Both the position numbers and the translations under genes were made by a program. A model generated the notes under the pieces. It was not told where the DNA came from and ran no database searches. It was given only the letters and a program-made list of their open reading frames with translations. Shown in pieces: positions 1 through 11,949 of a DNA stretch of 64,000 nucleotides. The stretch spans positions 85,128,001 to 85,192,000 of the forward strand of contig NC_045696.1 in NCBI RefSeq assembly GCF_009834535.1, in the 5' to 3' direction. Source of the stretch: Camelus ferus. Lineage: Eukaryota. The first letter of the stretch is position 1, and the number at the start of each line of letters is the position of its first letter.

Positions 1-633
1 TAGACATAAACATAGGAGGCACTGATTTCACATTGACCCAGTTTCAGTTTTTAAGAAGAGTTAATTTCAAGTGAAAACTTCATAAACCAAGATTGAAAGC
101 TTAATTTATTTTTCAACTACAATGTCAATGAGAATCCTTAAAAATAGACCAGTAATCCAGGTTACAAGATATTTGAACAATTTTTAACCTTTTTAGTTAT
201 CTCATGTCTAGTTTTCAAAAGAATTTTCAAAAGAAAACATCCAAATTGGTTTTTTTTTTTCATTACTTCTAGAAGCTGCAATTGGATTGGAGAGTTGGGG
301 AAATGTCATCTTGTACAAATTCAGGTTGATGTTGGAGAAGAGAAAAGAATTTCAAGGCATAAAATGAGTAGTGACAAATACCAAGAGGACAAAGTAGGCT
401 GAGCTCCATGGTCTTGTTATAACAAACAAGCAACCTCTCCCTCGCCTTTCTGAGTGTGAATAAGGGTAATAGGGCTGAACACTAGAATATCTACTAGTAT
501 TTCTTTCAACACATCGAAGCCCTTCATCTCATTTACTACAAGATCAATCAATGACAGTGCTCTTCCTTAAAGAGAATGTCAGTTTGTCAGCAAGATGAAG
601 TCACCTATCTTATAGCGCGTCTTTCTAGGTAAC

Positions 634-1102
634 TGTATTTGTTTCCTATTGTTGCTATAAATTACCATAAACTGAGTGGCTTAAAACAACACAGATGTAT
701 TATCTTATAGTTCTGAAGATCAGGGGCTAAAATAGTTTGGCAAGACTACATTCTTCTGGATTCTTGAGGAATTATTTACCTATTATTATCATCTATTTCC
801 TTGATATTTCCAGCTTCTGGGCTTCTGGAGGTCACCATTCTTTGGCTCTTGTCCCTGTATCACTCCAGCCTCTGCTGCCCTCATCACATCTCCTTAGATG
901 ACTCTGAGCCCCCTGCATCTCTTTTATAAGACTCTTATGATTGCATTTAACTCAACTGGATAATCTAAGATAAGCTTCCCATTTCAAGATCCTTAACTTA
1001 ATCACACATACATTGTCCTTTTTGACATGTAAGGTAACATATTTACAGTTTTCAGTGATTAGGAATGACGTCTTTGTGGGGGTCATTATTCTACCTACCA
1101 CA
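634..1102 (-). mobile_element. MaLR solo LTR (MLT1C/D-like)
   Basis: Starts tgtatttgtttcctattgttgctataaattaccataaactgagtggcttaaaacaacac and ends ...attattctacctaccaca, the typical reverse-strand MLT1 termini; internal 'caagatccttaacttaatcaca'. Confidence 0.85.
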
Positions 1103-1320
1103 ACCATTGTGTTAACTATGCTCCTCTTCCTTCTCCTTCACCAGCCTTTTAACTATTTCCAGTATATTTACTATGTATATTGTGATCCTCTATATAGTAA
1201 ACTCCAGTAAGGAAGAGATTTTTGTCTCGTTTGGCCCTCAATGAATTGTAAGGTTCTGGAGCCGTGCTGGAAACATTGTAATGCTTATATTTGTTACATT
1301 ATTTGAAACTCCAAAATCTT

Positions 1321-1532
1321 TTTTTTTTAACACTTTTTATTGATTTATAATCATTTTACAATGTTGTGTCAAATTCCAGTGTTCAGCACAATTTTTCAGT
1401 CATTCATGGACATATACACACTCATTGTCACATTTTTTTCTCTCTGAGTTATCATAACATTTTGTGTATATTTCCCTGTGCTATACAGTGTAATCTTGTT
1501 TATCTATTCTACAATTTTGAAATCCCAGTCTA
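1321..1532 (-). mobile_element. Young 5'-truncated L1 3'-UTR insertion with perfect 17-bp TSD
   Basis: Poly(T) plus TTTATT at the left end; L1 3'-UTR-like body (tttccctgtgctatacagt); identical flanks tgaaactccaaaatctt at 1304-1320 and 1533-1549. Confidence 0.9.
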
Positions 1533-1900
1533 TGAAACTCCAAAATCTTAGTGGTTTAATACAACAGAAGTTTATTTCTTGCTCGTGCAGCAGGTCCTAC
1601 AAATGTGCTCACGCACAGGTTAATGCGGTACCCTTTTCTGCACAGTGATTTTTAGCTGCACCAACTGAAGTCCACCTCCATTCTAGAAACAAAGAGGAGA
1701 GATTTTGTATAATTGTAAAGCTTATCTTTGTAGTCTCAGAATAAGTGACTTTTTTTTTTTAACTTTTTGTCATATTTGGCCAGAATTAGCCACATGACCC
1801 TGACTGATTTCAAAGAAGCTACAAAATGTGTTTTCCTGCTAGCTCAGAAAGGAGAGAATAACTGGCTATTGTGAGCACAAGAACACTCTAGAACTATTTG
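1533..1900 (-). mobile_element. Old MaLR LTR fragment (MLT1J/K-like), host of the L1 insertion
   Basis: aactccaaaatcttagtggtttaatacaacagaagtttatttcttgctc and ttggccagaattagccacatgaccc motifs. Confidence 0.55.
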
Positions 1901-4900
1901 TTGAACACTGAATGTGATGAGAATAGGCAACAGTAAAGAGAATATACACACTTATGCCATGAAAAATTCTTTTTCCCTAAACAGGCAAATTCCAAATACG
2001 TAAGTTAAATTCTGCTTCTTAAACTGAAACTTTAAGGAGTTTGGTAGCATAAGATTATATTTCTTTGATAGCACAAGATTTGTCTTAAAAAAGCACTGGG
2101 TTTTTGAGTCCTATTTCATAATGGATTGATGTCTGAGTCAATCTAAAATGGGCTTTTTAAATTCAGATCCGCAGGAAATACATTGTGCTACTCTACCCTT
2201 TGTATGAGCACCTAGTTTAAGACATGAAGACAGAGTAAGAAGGAAAAATAGACAATTAATTAATCATTCTGGGTAGTGAATTTCCAGTCTGGACAATTTA
2301 GAGCTCCAAGGTTCAGAAGTGAAGTGATACCTAAATTTTATCTAGAATGAGTTTTATTTAGTTTAAATTCATGGGAGATACTCTTTTCATTTTTGCACTT
2401 ACCCTGTTTCCAAAGGAAACAGCCTATAGGCTTCCCATCGTTGAATCTCACTTATGCTTATGTATACGTTTACTTGTAGATTTCTGTTCTCTCAATAGTC
2501 TCAAATAAAATCCACAGTCATTTCTCTCTGCCCCTCTGTTTCAAGACTCCATTTAACTGTTTTCAAAATATGAGAAGCAAAAGGACTTTTGAGGTCATGT
2601 AAAATATCAATTCTTGTTTGGAAAGTATTTAGTATTCAATGAGTACTGCTACCACCACCACCAAAATGAATTGTGCAAATTCATATCTAGGAGTCAGAAA
2701 ACTCGGAGGAGATGGCAAGTGAATGAACCTCACATTCTAGCTGTTTTTGCTAGGCCAGATCTGATTTCTACTTATTCAGTCAAATTAGGATAATAGATGT
2801 CTGTCTGTTTATTGCTTTTATAGTGCTTTATACTCCCAATAAAATGTTAAAGTAAAATTGACCTATACATATTTAATTCAGTTCAGCCCTACATTTACCA
2901 TAAATGCATTTCCTTCTTATTTTCTAGGATAATTGAAGCTATTCTCTACTTCCCAGCTCCAGACCACTTCCTACACTCTTCTGTGTTTCTAAATTAAATC
3001 TTCCTGGGGCATCAGCTCCCTTCTTTCATCTCCTCTGAGACATCTGCCCACATAATAAGATTAAGTGTCCTGCAGAGAGAAAATGGTCATTGATGCAACT
3101 AGGCTGAGATGGTTTGTCACATATCTTCTGTCTTAGAAAAGACAGAAAACTGGCTCTCAGTATGAAAAGAGAAGACAAATATTTGATGTAATGCCCAAAT
3201 TGACTATGGAGCAAACTTTCAGCATAGATAGAATTCTTGTTGTATCTCCATATGCTGAAGACAGCAACAATTCACGTCAATTTAATCTATGTCACTTTGA
3301 GCTACAAATATAAATGTGTACACATATATGCTTATGACTGAGGAATCACATGAACACAAATGTCAAATAAATAAGCACATATGGTTTAAGATTTTATCTT
3401 GCTTATCTAAATTTAATAGCAAAGACTAACTAAAATATATTTTATTTGTGTACATATATATATTTGTAATTGTAAATTTTTATAAACATGACAAAATATA
3501 AGTGATGAATTATATAATTGTGAATACTCATTTTTAACATGAAGTGTTAGAAAAAAATGGAAAAAATATGATTAACTCATGTATAGTGCTTAGCATTAAG
3601 TTGACATATTAAAAGAATGCCAATAGTATCTATTCTCTGAATTCATATAACAGACCTAATTTATCTCATTTATGATACTTATGTCTAAAATTGATTCTGT
3701 TAAGAAAATCATCACTAAGGTCATTTATCTGTAACAATTGTCAACTGCTATCTTTGCTATTCTAGGGATTTTTCCCCAAATATGTACAAAATAATAATCA
3801 ATAACCAAGATCTGAAATCTGTGTACTACACCACTAAAAACAGGTACAATTTCTTTTCTTTCAACAATAGAAAAATACGATCAATTGATTGTCCTATACA
3901 TAATATATGTTAGTGTTCATAAACCTTGTCAGTTATTAGATATTTCTTCATGTAGGTTATTAACATATCCTGAGCCACTCTAAAGAGAAGATGAATCTCT
4001 TTACTAGATTATGAAGGAAAAGTTCCTCTTTCATGTTATTGGCGTGGTGGCTTCATAGCTCCATATCATATCATACCTTCTTTATTTCTGTCTCCCTTTT
4101 CTCACAACCACTTGTCTGTAAATCTATTAAACCTACAGCAAAGCTGAATTGCATCAACCTTAGATGTCTCTTGGACTAGGTTGACCTGAAAGCCAAGATG
4201 ATTTGGAAATATAAGATGTTTCTTACAATGGGTTTCAGTTGTAAAGTGATTGGTATTAATGTTTATGTAGTATACCATTCTCAATCCTCTTGTCCTTCTG
4301 TCTATTGCTACAAAAATTCAAATATTCAAAATGCAAGTGCTAAGAATTGTGGCTATCCTACTATGTATCCTTTATGTACAAGTAACCTCCCAAATTTCAG
4401 CTGTATGGCATGAATGCTTTCAGATTTTAATGTGATCTAGAATCTGGTCTCTCTTTGTAGTAACCCTGATTTATCATATGGCTTTAACTATAGTCCATAG
4501 AAAAACGCAAGGAGACTTGGAATTTATTATGAAAGAATACTTGATATCCTTGGTAAGTCAATGTCTTAAAGCCATATATTAACTTTCATCATTATCCAGA
4601 ATGATACATGGTGCTCACTTCCATTTATGCACCATTTTTAGGATTGCACAAGTAAATGACAACTTTCATTTCTGTCTCATCAGTAAAAAGTGCCCTAGAG
4701 ATTCTCAGGAGATCAAGAAATCATCTAAATCTTCAAGCCAAAATTTATAGTTCTGCACTATTTCTAAAATATAATTCATGTTTCTTTATGTATATATTCT
4801 TTCAATTCATATGTAGCAACCTATGGTTAATACTTTTTTGTTCAATTCCTGCTAATGCTCTTTCCCCAGGGGTGGGTCCTGGCCACTAAGCTATATTTAA

Positions 4901-5466
4901 TGGCGTTAACTCCATGGAAACAGAGAAGAGCAGAGCTATAGAACAAGAAACCACCATTCCTTGCTGAATTGAAATGACTGATTTTTGCCCTCTTATTCTG
5001 TAAGAAATATCGATAAACTGACCGGAGCAGTGATTTCCTAGAAATTGAACTGACCATATCTGGAAGCAGACAGATTGGATCATGGACCCTCCACTCTTCA
5101 ATATCTCAAAAGCATGGAGTTGCATTTCTCTTTTGTAAAAGTAATTGTAAGTAACTGCATTTTTATAGCTCATTCTACCACTAGAAATAAACTGCAGACA
5201 GATACAAGGGGCTTTTTGAAAGTATTTGAATTGATACTCTATAAGCAATTCAGAACAGCAGCATATTAGACATGAATCTGTAAATAGAATTAAATTTTCT
5301 TCTCGACAAATTCTGAGGGAGTGATATTTGGTGGAAAAGAATGTTTCAAGTCTAAAAAGTTTATTATCTAGCCTTGAATCAAACTGTACAATCAAAAGGT
5401 TATACTCTTGAAGTGTATGATTTTGACTGCTTAAAAATTGTTTTTGACTAAATGTAATTTGTACTA

Positions 5467-6015
5467 TCAGGGAGAGGAAATTTTCCCCTTCTATTGAGTT
5501 CTTGCAACTGGACTAATAATAAAATTGACACAAGACAAATTAAGAGGAGAAAAAGAAACACATTTTAATCGTGTGTATGGAAGTCTCATAGAAATAGGTC
5601 CTAGGGCCAAAGCAGGCAGCTTTTATACTTTTTTGACAAAGAAACAATAAATTTGTGAGGAGTTGATAAGACAAAGAAACTTCGGTTTTGAGTGATCAGC
5701 TAGTGAAGAATCTAACCCGAGTTTGGGCTTGGGTAGTAAATTAAAGAAGTAACAAGTTTTGTTGATAAAGACTTCTCTGTGAGAATTCTCTGAAATCTCT
5801 GAATTCTCTGAAGTTTCTGGCAATAAGGGCACCCTCCTACCTCCAGATGCAGGGAGCGCACCTTTCACATGAGAGATTCATTTCCTACTTTCAGGGACGT
5901 GGAACGAAGGGTCAGAGTGTCTCTTTTCCCTTGGCCATTTCTTGAGTAACTTTAATTCAAAATATTCAATGTGTCATTGAGGCATATTTTGGGATACCTA
6001 CCTTGGGTCCCAACA
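5467..6015 (-). mobile_element. ERV1-type solo LTR
   Basis: Ends ...ttgggtcccaaca; reverse-strand TATA (cttttatac) and poly(A)-like (ttttaat) motifs; internal 9-bp repeats (gaattctct) at about 5782-5815. Left boundary is approximate. Confidence 0.65.
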
Positions 6016-6723
6016 ATATCAATGATCTCATCTTTTAACACAAGGTGTTATGCAGGATAGATGCTAATCCTGATTCCACAGATAAAACTCAGATTCTGAA
6101 ATATCAGATTCTTGGTATCTGCTGAGTGTGGTGAAAGGGACCTGAATCTGGTTTGGAAAGAATATTTGTATAAGAGAAACTCCATGAAATATAAAAAGCC
6201 CTAATACCGAAAGCTAACATATATTGAATATTGGCTATTTGATATCTACTTTGTCAAGTTATTTTCAGATAATATTGATTTTTTTTCCAGTTGAAGATAC
6301 AAGCTCAGAAAGCTTATGCAAATTTTCCAAGGGAGCTTAATGTTTGAACTGAGTCTTAGACCATGATGTAAAACTACACCCATCTGACCCCAGAGACAAA
6401 TCTCTTATCTCTTATACCATACTGCCTGTCATCTTGAACATGTGTTTTTACTAAGATTGGTTCCAAAACTCTGTGTAGGCATTATCCTAGTGTGACATAA
6501 TACCCCCATCTAAAGAACACTTTCAAATGTCAATACAGTATACCAGTTTTTGTTTTAGGAATATTTAAGAATTGCTAAATTGTGCATTTAGCCAAATATA
6601 AATAGGGAAAATAAATAAATTAGAAATAATTGTTCAAAATCATTAAAGATTTCATTTTAATCACTAATTAGTATCTGAATTAAAAATGTAAGTGTGAAAT
6701 ATGAAATAAAATAAAGTCACTTA

Positions 6724-7120
6724 TGTCAAGGGATTTTAAAATTAAGCCTGGAGGCTGTTAAGGAGGTGGACCTTACACATGTCTTTACCGGGTGGAACCA
6801 TGAACTTTTTCAACTGGGCCATACCACAAATATTTCAAGAACTCTGCAAGGACACCTGTGACTTGTCTTAATAATGGACTTTACCTTCCTCTAGTGATGG
6901 CCATAGCTCTTAATCACGTTTCGCCAAGACTTGCTTCTGTCTCCAACTCCAATTAAAATTATTTGTAATGCAAACCTTCCTTCTTTGCCTTTAAAAGCTC
7001 CTGACTTTTATTCCCTAGAGGGATCACAGTTTGAAATTGTACCCAAATCTTAGTGCCCCAAATTGTAATTCTTTGATCTCAAATAAATACTTTTTGCTTG
7101 ACTATTGCCTTCTAGTCATA
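6724..7120 (+). mobile_element. ERV1-type LTR (probable 5' LTR, followed by a PBS)
   Basis: Begins TGTCAAGG; TATA-like ttaaaagc at about 6991; AATAAA at 7082; immediately followed by a PBS-like sequence. Confidence 0.75.
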
Positions 7121-7123
7121 TAA

Positions 7124-7136
7124 GGTGTCAGAAGTG
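7124..7136 (+). promoter_or_regulatory. Retroviral primer-binding site remnant, tRNA-Leu(CAA) type
   Basis: ggtgtcagaagtg matches 13 nt of TGGTGTCAGAAGTGGGAT, the complement of the tRNA-Leu(CAA) 3' end, directly after an LTR. Confidence 0.65.
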
Positions 7137-7154
7137 ACACCTGAAGCGATCTCA

Positions 7155-8336
7155 CCAGCATTATTCAATTATCTAATACACCCCTTGCTAGAAAATCCAA
7201 GGATTGTTGTTGTTAAGCCAAGTCTCCAATGGTAGAATTTGCTAATTTAACTGTGATTAGAAGTAAACTCTTCATCAAAGGGTCATTATGGACTGCAATC
7301 CAAGGAATAAATCCATTGGCAATGGTAATCAAAGGTGAGTACATGGGGTATCAAAAGGGGGTTACCAAGTCTGACCTAGGCCTATGAGATTGTAGCTGGA
7401 TTTTTTCTTTAACGTGAACTTGTTATGGTATCCCAAAAGGCATTGACCTGTTACACACTAGCTCTCTAGACATTTATAAGCCCATGGCTCCTCTTTAGAA
7501 TTATATACAAAGAGTACCTAGAAGGGGCACATACTACGCTTCCAAGAGTGTTGTTGTTCATGTTTTCATTGTCAGGTATAAACCTCAGGATATATTCTAG
7601 CCAAGGATAAGTGTGGCCATTTCAGCCTGTTAAGGGGCTGACTGACCCTGGTGTGACAAAAGGCTTGACATAGATGGATGAGATCACATTCCTTACCAAC
7701 TTTGGCTGGTCATTTGCTTGATGCCAGAGGTGAATGGTTAAGTGGAAGCATCCAGGTGGTTGGGGTGCTAGACAAATAAGATTTTAGAGAAAAGTTCTGT
7801 GGCTGTGTCAATCAAATATGCTGTGGAAATACCTAAGCAGATAGCTTTACTCTGTAGGCAGTTTTAAGGGCTTGGGCACTTAAAACCTATCTTAGCATTG
7901 GGAACCAAGGATAAATTAGTGATGGGCATGCTAGCATGTCCTTCGATCTGGGTGACTGCGGTCTTTGGAGGCACAAGCAGCCCTTGGAGGGATTTGCCCT
8001 CATTGCTATAGTTTGGGAGTAGCTCATGAGAAGATCATCTACCCATTTGGCAATAAAAAAACCCTCAGGGAAGAGAAAAACTTCAGCTAAGATTAAAAGA
8101 TTCCAACAAAAAGGTAGTCACCATCTTGGACATAATAGAGGAAATTGTTAAATGATGGTCTTATAACGGAGCAGGAACCTATGAGGCCTTCCTGGAACAG
8201 ACCTCGTGTTTGTAAAAAGACTTTAATCTCCTAGAACTTCTGTGAGTTTCAATAAGCAGATTCAAACAGTTGTTAATGAGGGAAGTGAGGGAACACAGAA
8301 ATAAAGCAAAAGGAAGCCCAGCATAATCTTTCCCAT
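7155..8336 (-). pseudogene. env: Endogenous retrovirus env pseudogene (class I), truncated within the TM immunosuppressive domain
   Basis: Manual minus-strand translation gives MGKIMLGFLLLYFCVPSLPSLTTV*IC (signal peptide and degenerate CWIC); VCAPSRY..PWAYKCLES*CVTGQCLLGY; and GFIPWIAVHNDPLMKSLLLITVKLANSTIGDLA*QQQSLDFLARGVLDN*IML (heptad plus LDNRIAL-type ISD start). Multiple stops. Confidence 0.8.
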
Positions 8337-8479
8337 GATCGTCAGCTTAAACAAATGTCTTGATTTATGACCCCAAACTGTCGAGATAATGTCCTATGGC
8401 TTCAACCAGCTAGACCCAAGTGGACTAAAATTGATGACATCAGGAGGGTCAATTAAGAAATGAAACTCCTGAATCATCA

Positions 8480-8884
8480 TGAAGGCTCTAAAAAAATAAT
8501 AAAGTACATCAACCATTGCTTTTGCTCTCTCCTAGGAAGAAGCTAAGAGATCATAAGACCACGATTTACTAGTTTGCTTTGCAGGGACACAGATAAATCA
8601 CAATCACCAATGACACACTGAGTCACGATATGCTGCCAGAAAGTCTTCAACTACGGTCTTATCAGGAAGCTGAAATCACAAAGACCACCTCTCCTTTATA
8701 CCTTTCTTTGCATTTAAAAACCTTGTGCCCTGGCCAGTCAACAAGATGAATTTGAGATGAATCTAGGTCTCCCAGCTTCCTGGCTGGTGCCTCCTCTACT
8801 AAATACTCTTTCTATGCTCCAGAACCCAACATTTTGGTCTGTTTGGCTTCACTGTGCATTGGGCACATGAACTTGCATGCAACA
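8480..8884 (+). mobile_element. ERV1-type LTR between pol and env, opposite orientation, different sequence from the 6724 LTR
   Basis: TGAAGG...CAACA termini; tttaaaaa TATA-like motif at about 8713; degenerate poly(A) signal actaaa; U5-like tttggcttcactgtgcattgggcacatgaac. Confidence 0.65.
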
Positions 8885-9083
8885 TTCTGAAACCACCAGC
8901 CAGCTCACTGGGACTTCCTAATCAAGAACATTAAATTAGTATAATTAAACTCAGTAAATTAATCGATACAATAGAGCAGATCTATTATGAAAAGGATCAG
9001 TAATGAGGTTAGAGCAGTGCGTCTGTATATACTGGTCTGCTCCCAAATCTTGGGAAAGCTGTCAGCATCAGATGTCTTCTCCT

Positions 9084-11545
9084 TCACTTCCTAGTTAACT
9101 TTAATCTAAATTCTCCAATCTGTCCAGAAGTCTAGTTCGGCTTTAGAGCCTTCTTTAAATGAGAAACATGAATCCCAGAAAAAACATCTTTAGGCTTTAT
9201 AGCACAAGGACTAGTTAAGGGTACCTGAGTGGTCCTTTCCATCTAGCTTGTGAAGAATCTTTGAAGACTGTCGTTTCCAGTAGACAAAATTGACTGGCTG
9301 TAGATTGTGAAGTTTGTGGTGTTCCTTTCCCAGGAGCACACTGTGGGAAGATTATTCCACCAGGGTCTGGTTTTTTTGTCTAAGGCACTGATTAGTCCTT
9401 AGCGATATTGAAGCATATCTCCTTTAATTCGTTTAGTATCAACAGCAGAGTGAGCCAAATGCATAGGTTTGCCAATAGTGATTTCAATTGGCGACATACT
9501 GTGTTTCCCAAAGAGGGTATCTCTCAGATTCAAAAGGACCAGAGGAAATGCCTTAGGCCAAGTCAATTTCAAGGTCTCCATAAATTCTGCCAGTTGACTC
9601 TTAATAATATTGTTTGTTCTTTCTACCAATCCTGAAGACTGAGGGTGATAAGCACAATAAAAATGTTATAGAATAGACCAGACCTCACAGATTTGTTTCA
9701 TAACATGGCCAGTAACAGTATTTTTGCAACTGCCAAAGCAGTAGTAGACTGTTGGCAAGGAAATGCTGTAATCTAATGAAAAAACACAAAAAGCATAAGA
9801 AGAACAAATTTATAGACTTTGGAAGGAGGCAACTGGATAGCATCCATTTCTCAACCTCAAAAGACCCTTTAGGAATGTCAAAATGTCCAGAGGCAGTTTG
9901 AACAGCTTTCTCTGGGTTGTATTTAGGACATACAACACAAGTTAATTGTGCCTTCTTACTGGCCTTGGAAATATTTCCCCACTAGTTTAGTTTCATAATG
10001 CTTATACATTTATCTGCTGCCCAGCAGGTCATCTGATAAGGCATTTCCATCGGGAGGCTTTTCATGGCCTCTGACAAGACAGGTCTTTTATTTGGGCCAT
10101 GTCATAAATTGGTTAATGGGCTAAAAAATACTACCGTTATCAGCTCAATAAAGCCTTTCTTTATGTGGTACTTTATTTTTCATGAACTCTGGACTGAAAA
10201 CTAATATCTTGGTTTTGTCAATTCAGTGTTTAATTTGTTCCTCTGTCTTTTCTTTCTGTGTGGAGAGAGAGCTTCACCCCTCCACCCTACTTTTCCCCTC
10301 CTGGAAAGAGGCAGTGGAAGGAGGTTGTGTATGTGTGTGTGTGTGTTTCCTTGAAATTTTTACCACAAAATTACAATACACTCAAAGAGAAACTCATCGT
10401 TATGAAAAAGCAGTGCCTTGTCCATGGGGTTTCTGCCTTAATGTGGTTGATGCCTTAGATTGGTTGTCTTTGATCATTTTTATTAAATCATCTTTCTGAA
10501 TGCAGTCAAAATTTTCTATAACTGTTTCAAGTTTGGTGGCCTGTAAGGCTGCTGTCCTTGTGGCTTGATCAGCAAAATTATTTCCTTGGGTTTCATCTGA
10601 ATTTAATTTTAAATGCCCAGGAACCCTAATAACGTCTAGGACAGATGGAAGTTGAATGGATTCCAACAACATGTTGACTCAATTTCCATTCTTAATCTGG
10701 TTTCCTCCTGAGGTCAAGAATCCTCTTTGTTTCCAAAGCACATCAGAGTCCTGAACTACCCAAAGACACAGTGACTATCTGCACAAATGTACAGAGTTCT
10801 GCCTTCTGCTACGGTGTACCCTCTAGTTAAAGCATGGTGCTCTGCCCACTGGCTGAAGTGGTGGTCAGCATTAGAGCTGCCTCAATTTCTTCAAAATAGG
10901 AGGTGATTGCATAGCAGGCACATTGCATAGCATTTTCCTTCCCTGTTTTTCAAATAAGAATCATCAGTAAATCATGAAATCTTAGCATTAGCAAAAAGGG
11001 TTTATTTAAGTCAGCCTTAGGAATTAATAGATGATCAGTCATAGTCATGAGGAGTTATGTCAACAGGTAAAGGAAGAGGGCTTGCAGGGTTGAGGTTGAT
11101 GTGGTGGGAAAGGGTTATGTGAGGAGAAGTTAGTAAGAATATTTCATATGACATAAGACCACTGACAGAAAGGCGCTGAGTGTGGTAAGCACGGAGCAAG
11201 ACTTCGACTGCATGGGGAACATAGATGTTCAGCAGAGAGGCCATAACTATTTCTCAGCTGATTTTGTAAGGGCTGCTGCTACTGAAATAGCTCTCTTGCA
11301 CAGGGGAAGACCTCTGGCCACAGGGTCTAATTGTTGACTGTAACAGCAAGGGGGCCGGTGTTGACCACCATGCCTTTTTGTAAGCACTCCTAAGAATTCC
11401 TCTCTCTTTTGTACACAAAGAGAAGAAGGGAAGTTGGTAATTAGGATGTCCTAAAGCAGAGAGACTGAGAAATTCCCTTTTCAGGTTCTGGAAAGCCATA
11501 AAGGCATTTTCTTCCCAATCTAAGGAATCTGGTGTTCACTTGATT
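9084..11545 (-). pseudogene. pol: Class I ERV pol pseudogene: RT connection, RNase H and integrase
   Basis: AFQNLK..LSALGHPNYQLPFF; YVPHAVEVLL..LNPASPLP; FTDDSY (RNase H); VPGHLK..QGNNFADQAT; CVVC (integrase Zn finger); MDAIQLPP; CAYHPQSSGLVERTN; RWKGP (GPY/F). Many stops and frameshifts; RT catalytic core, pro and gag are absent. Confidence 0.93.
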
Positions 11546-11949
11546 ATGGCCTCCTATGTTTAGGTTGACAAAAGAGAAACATCTGTGCTTTGATATAGCA
11601 AAATGTCTGGGTATATAAATCATTTCTGATACAAACTGAAAAGTACAAGTTTTTGGCCTACATTTTTTTCCTTTCTCCAAATACTACTGAATGAAAGGAT
11701 GTAAAATAAGAATTATTTTTATTTCCATTGTTGAATGAAAGCTTCGTAAGGGAATCTATGCTAATTAAATTGATCATATATGATACTAGTACTTCAAAAA
11801 TAAGTTACAGATGACCTTCTGAAGTAGAGTAAGTAATAAAGGCAGAACCACATCCATTTGCTGTGGTAAAAAAAAAACTCACTTCTTTTTCACCAAGATG
11901 ACCTTATCTTTAAATAGTCTAATATGAGTGTTCACACTTGAACCAATAA

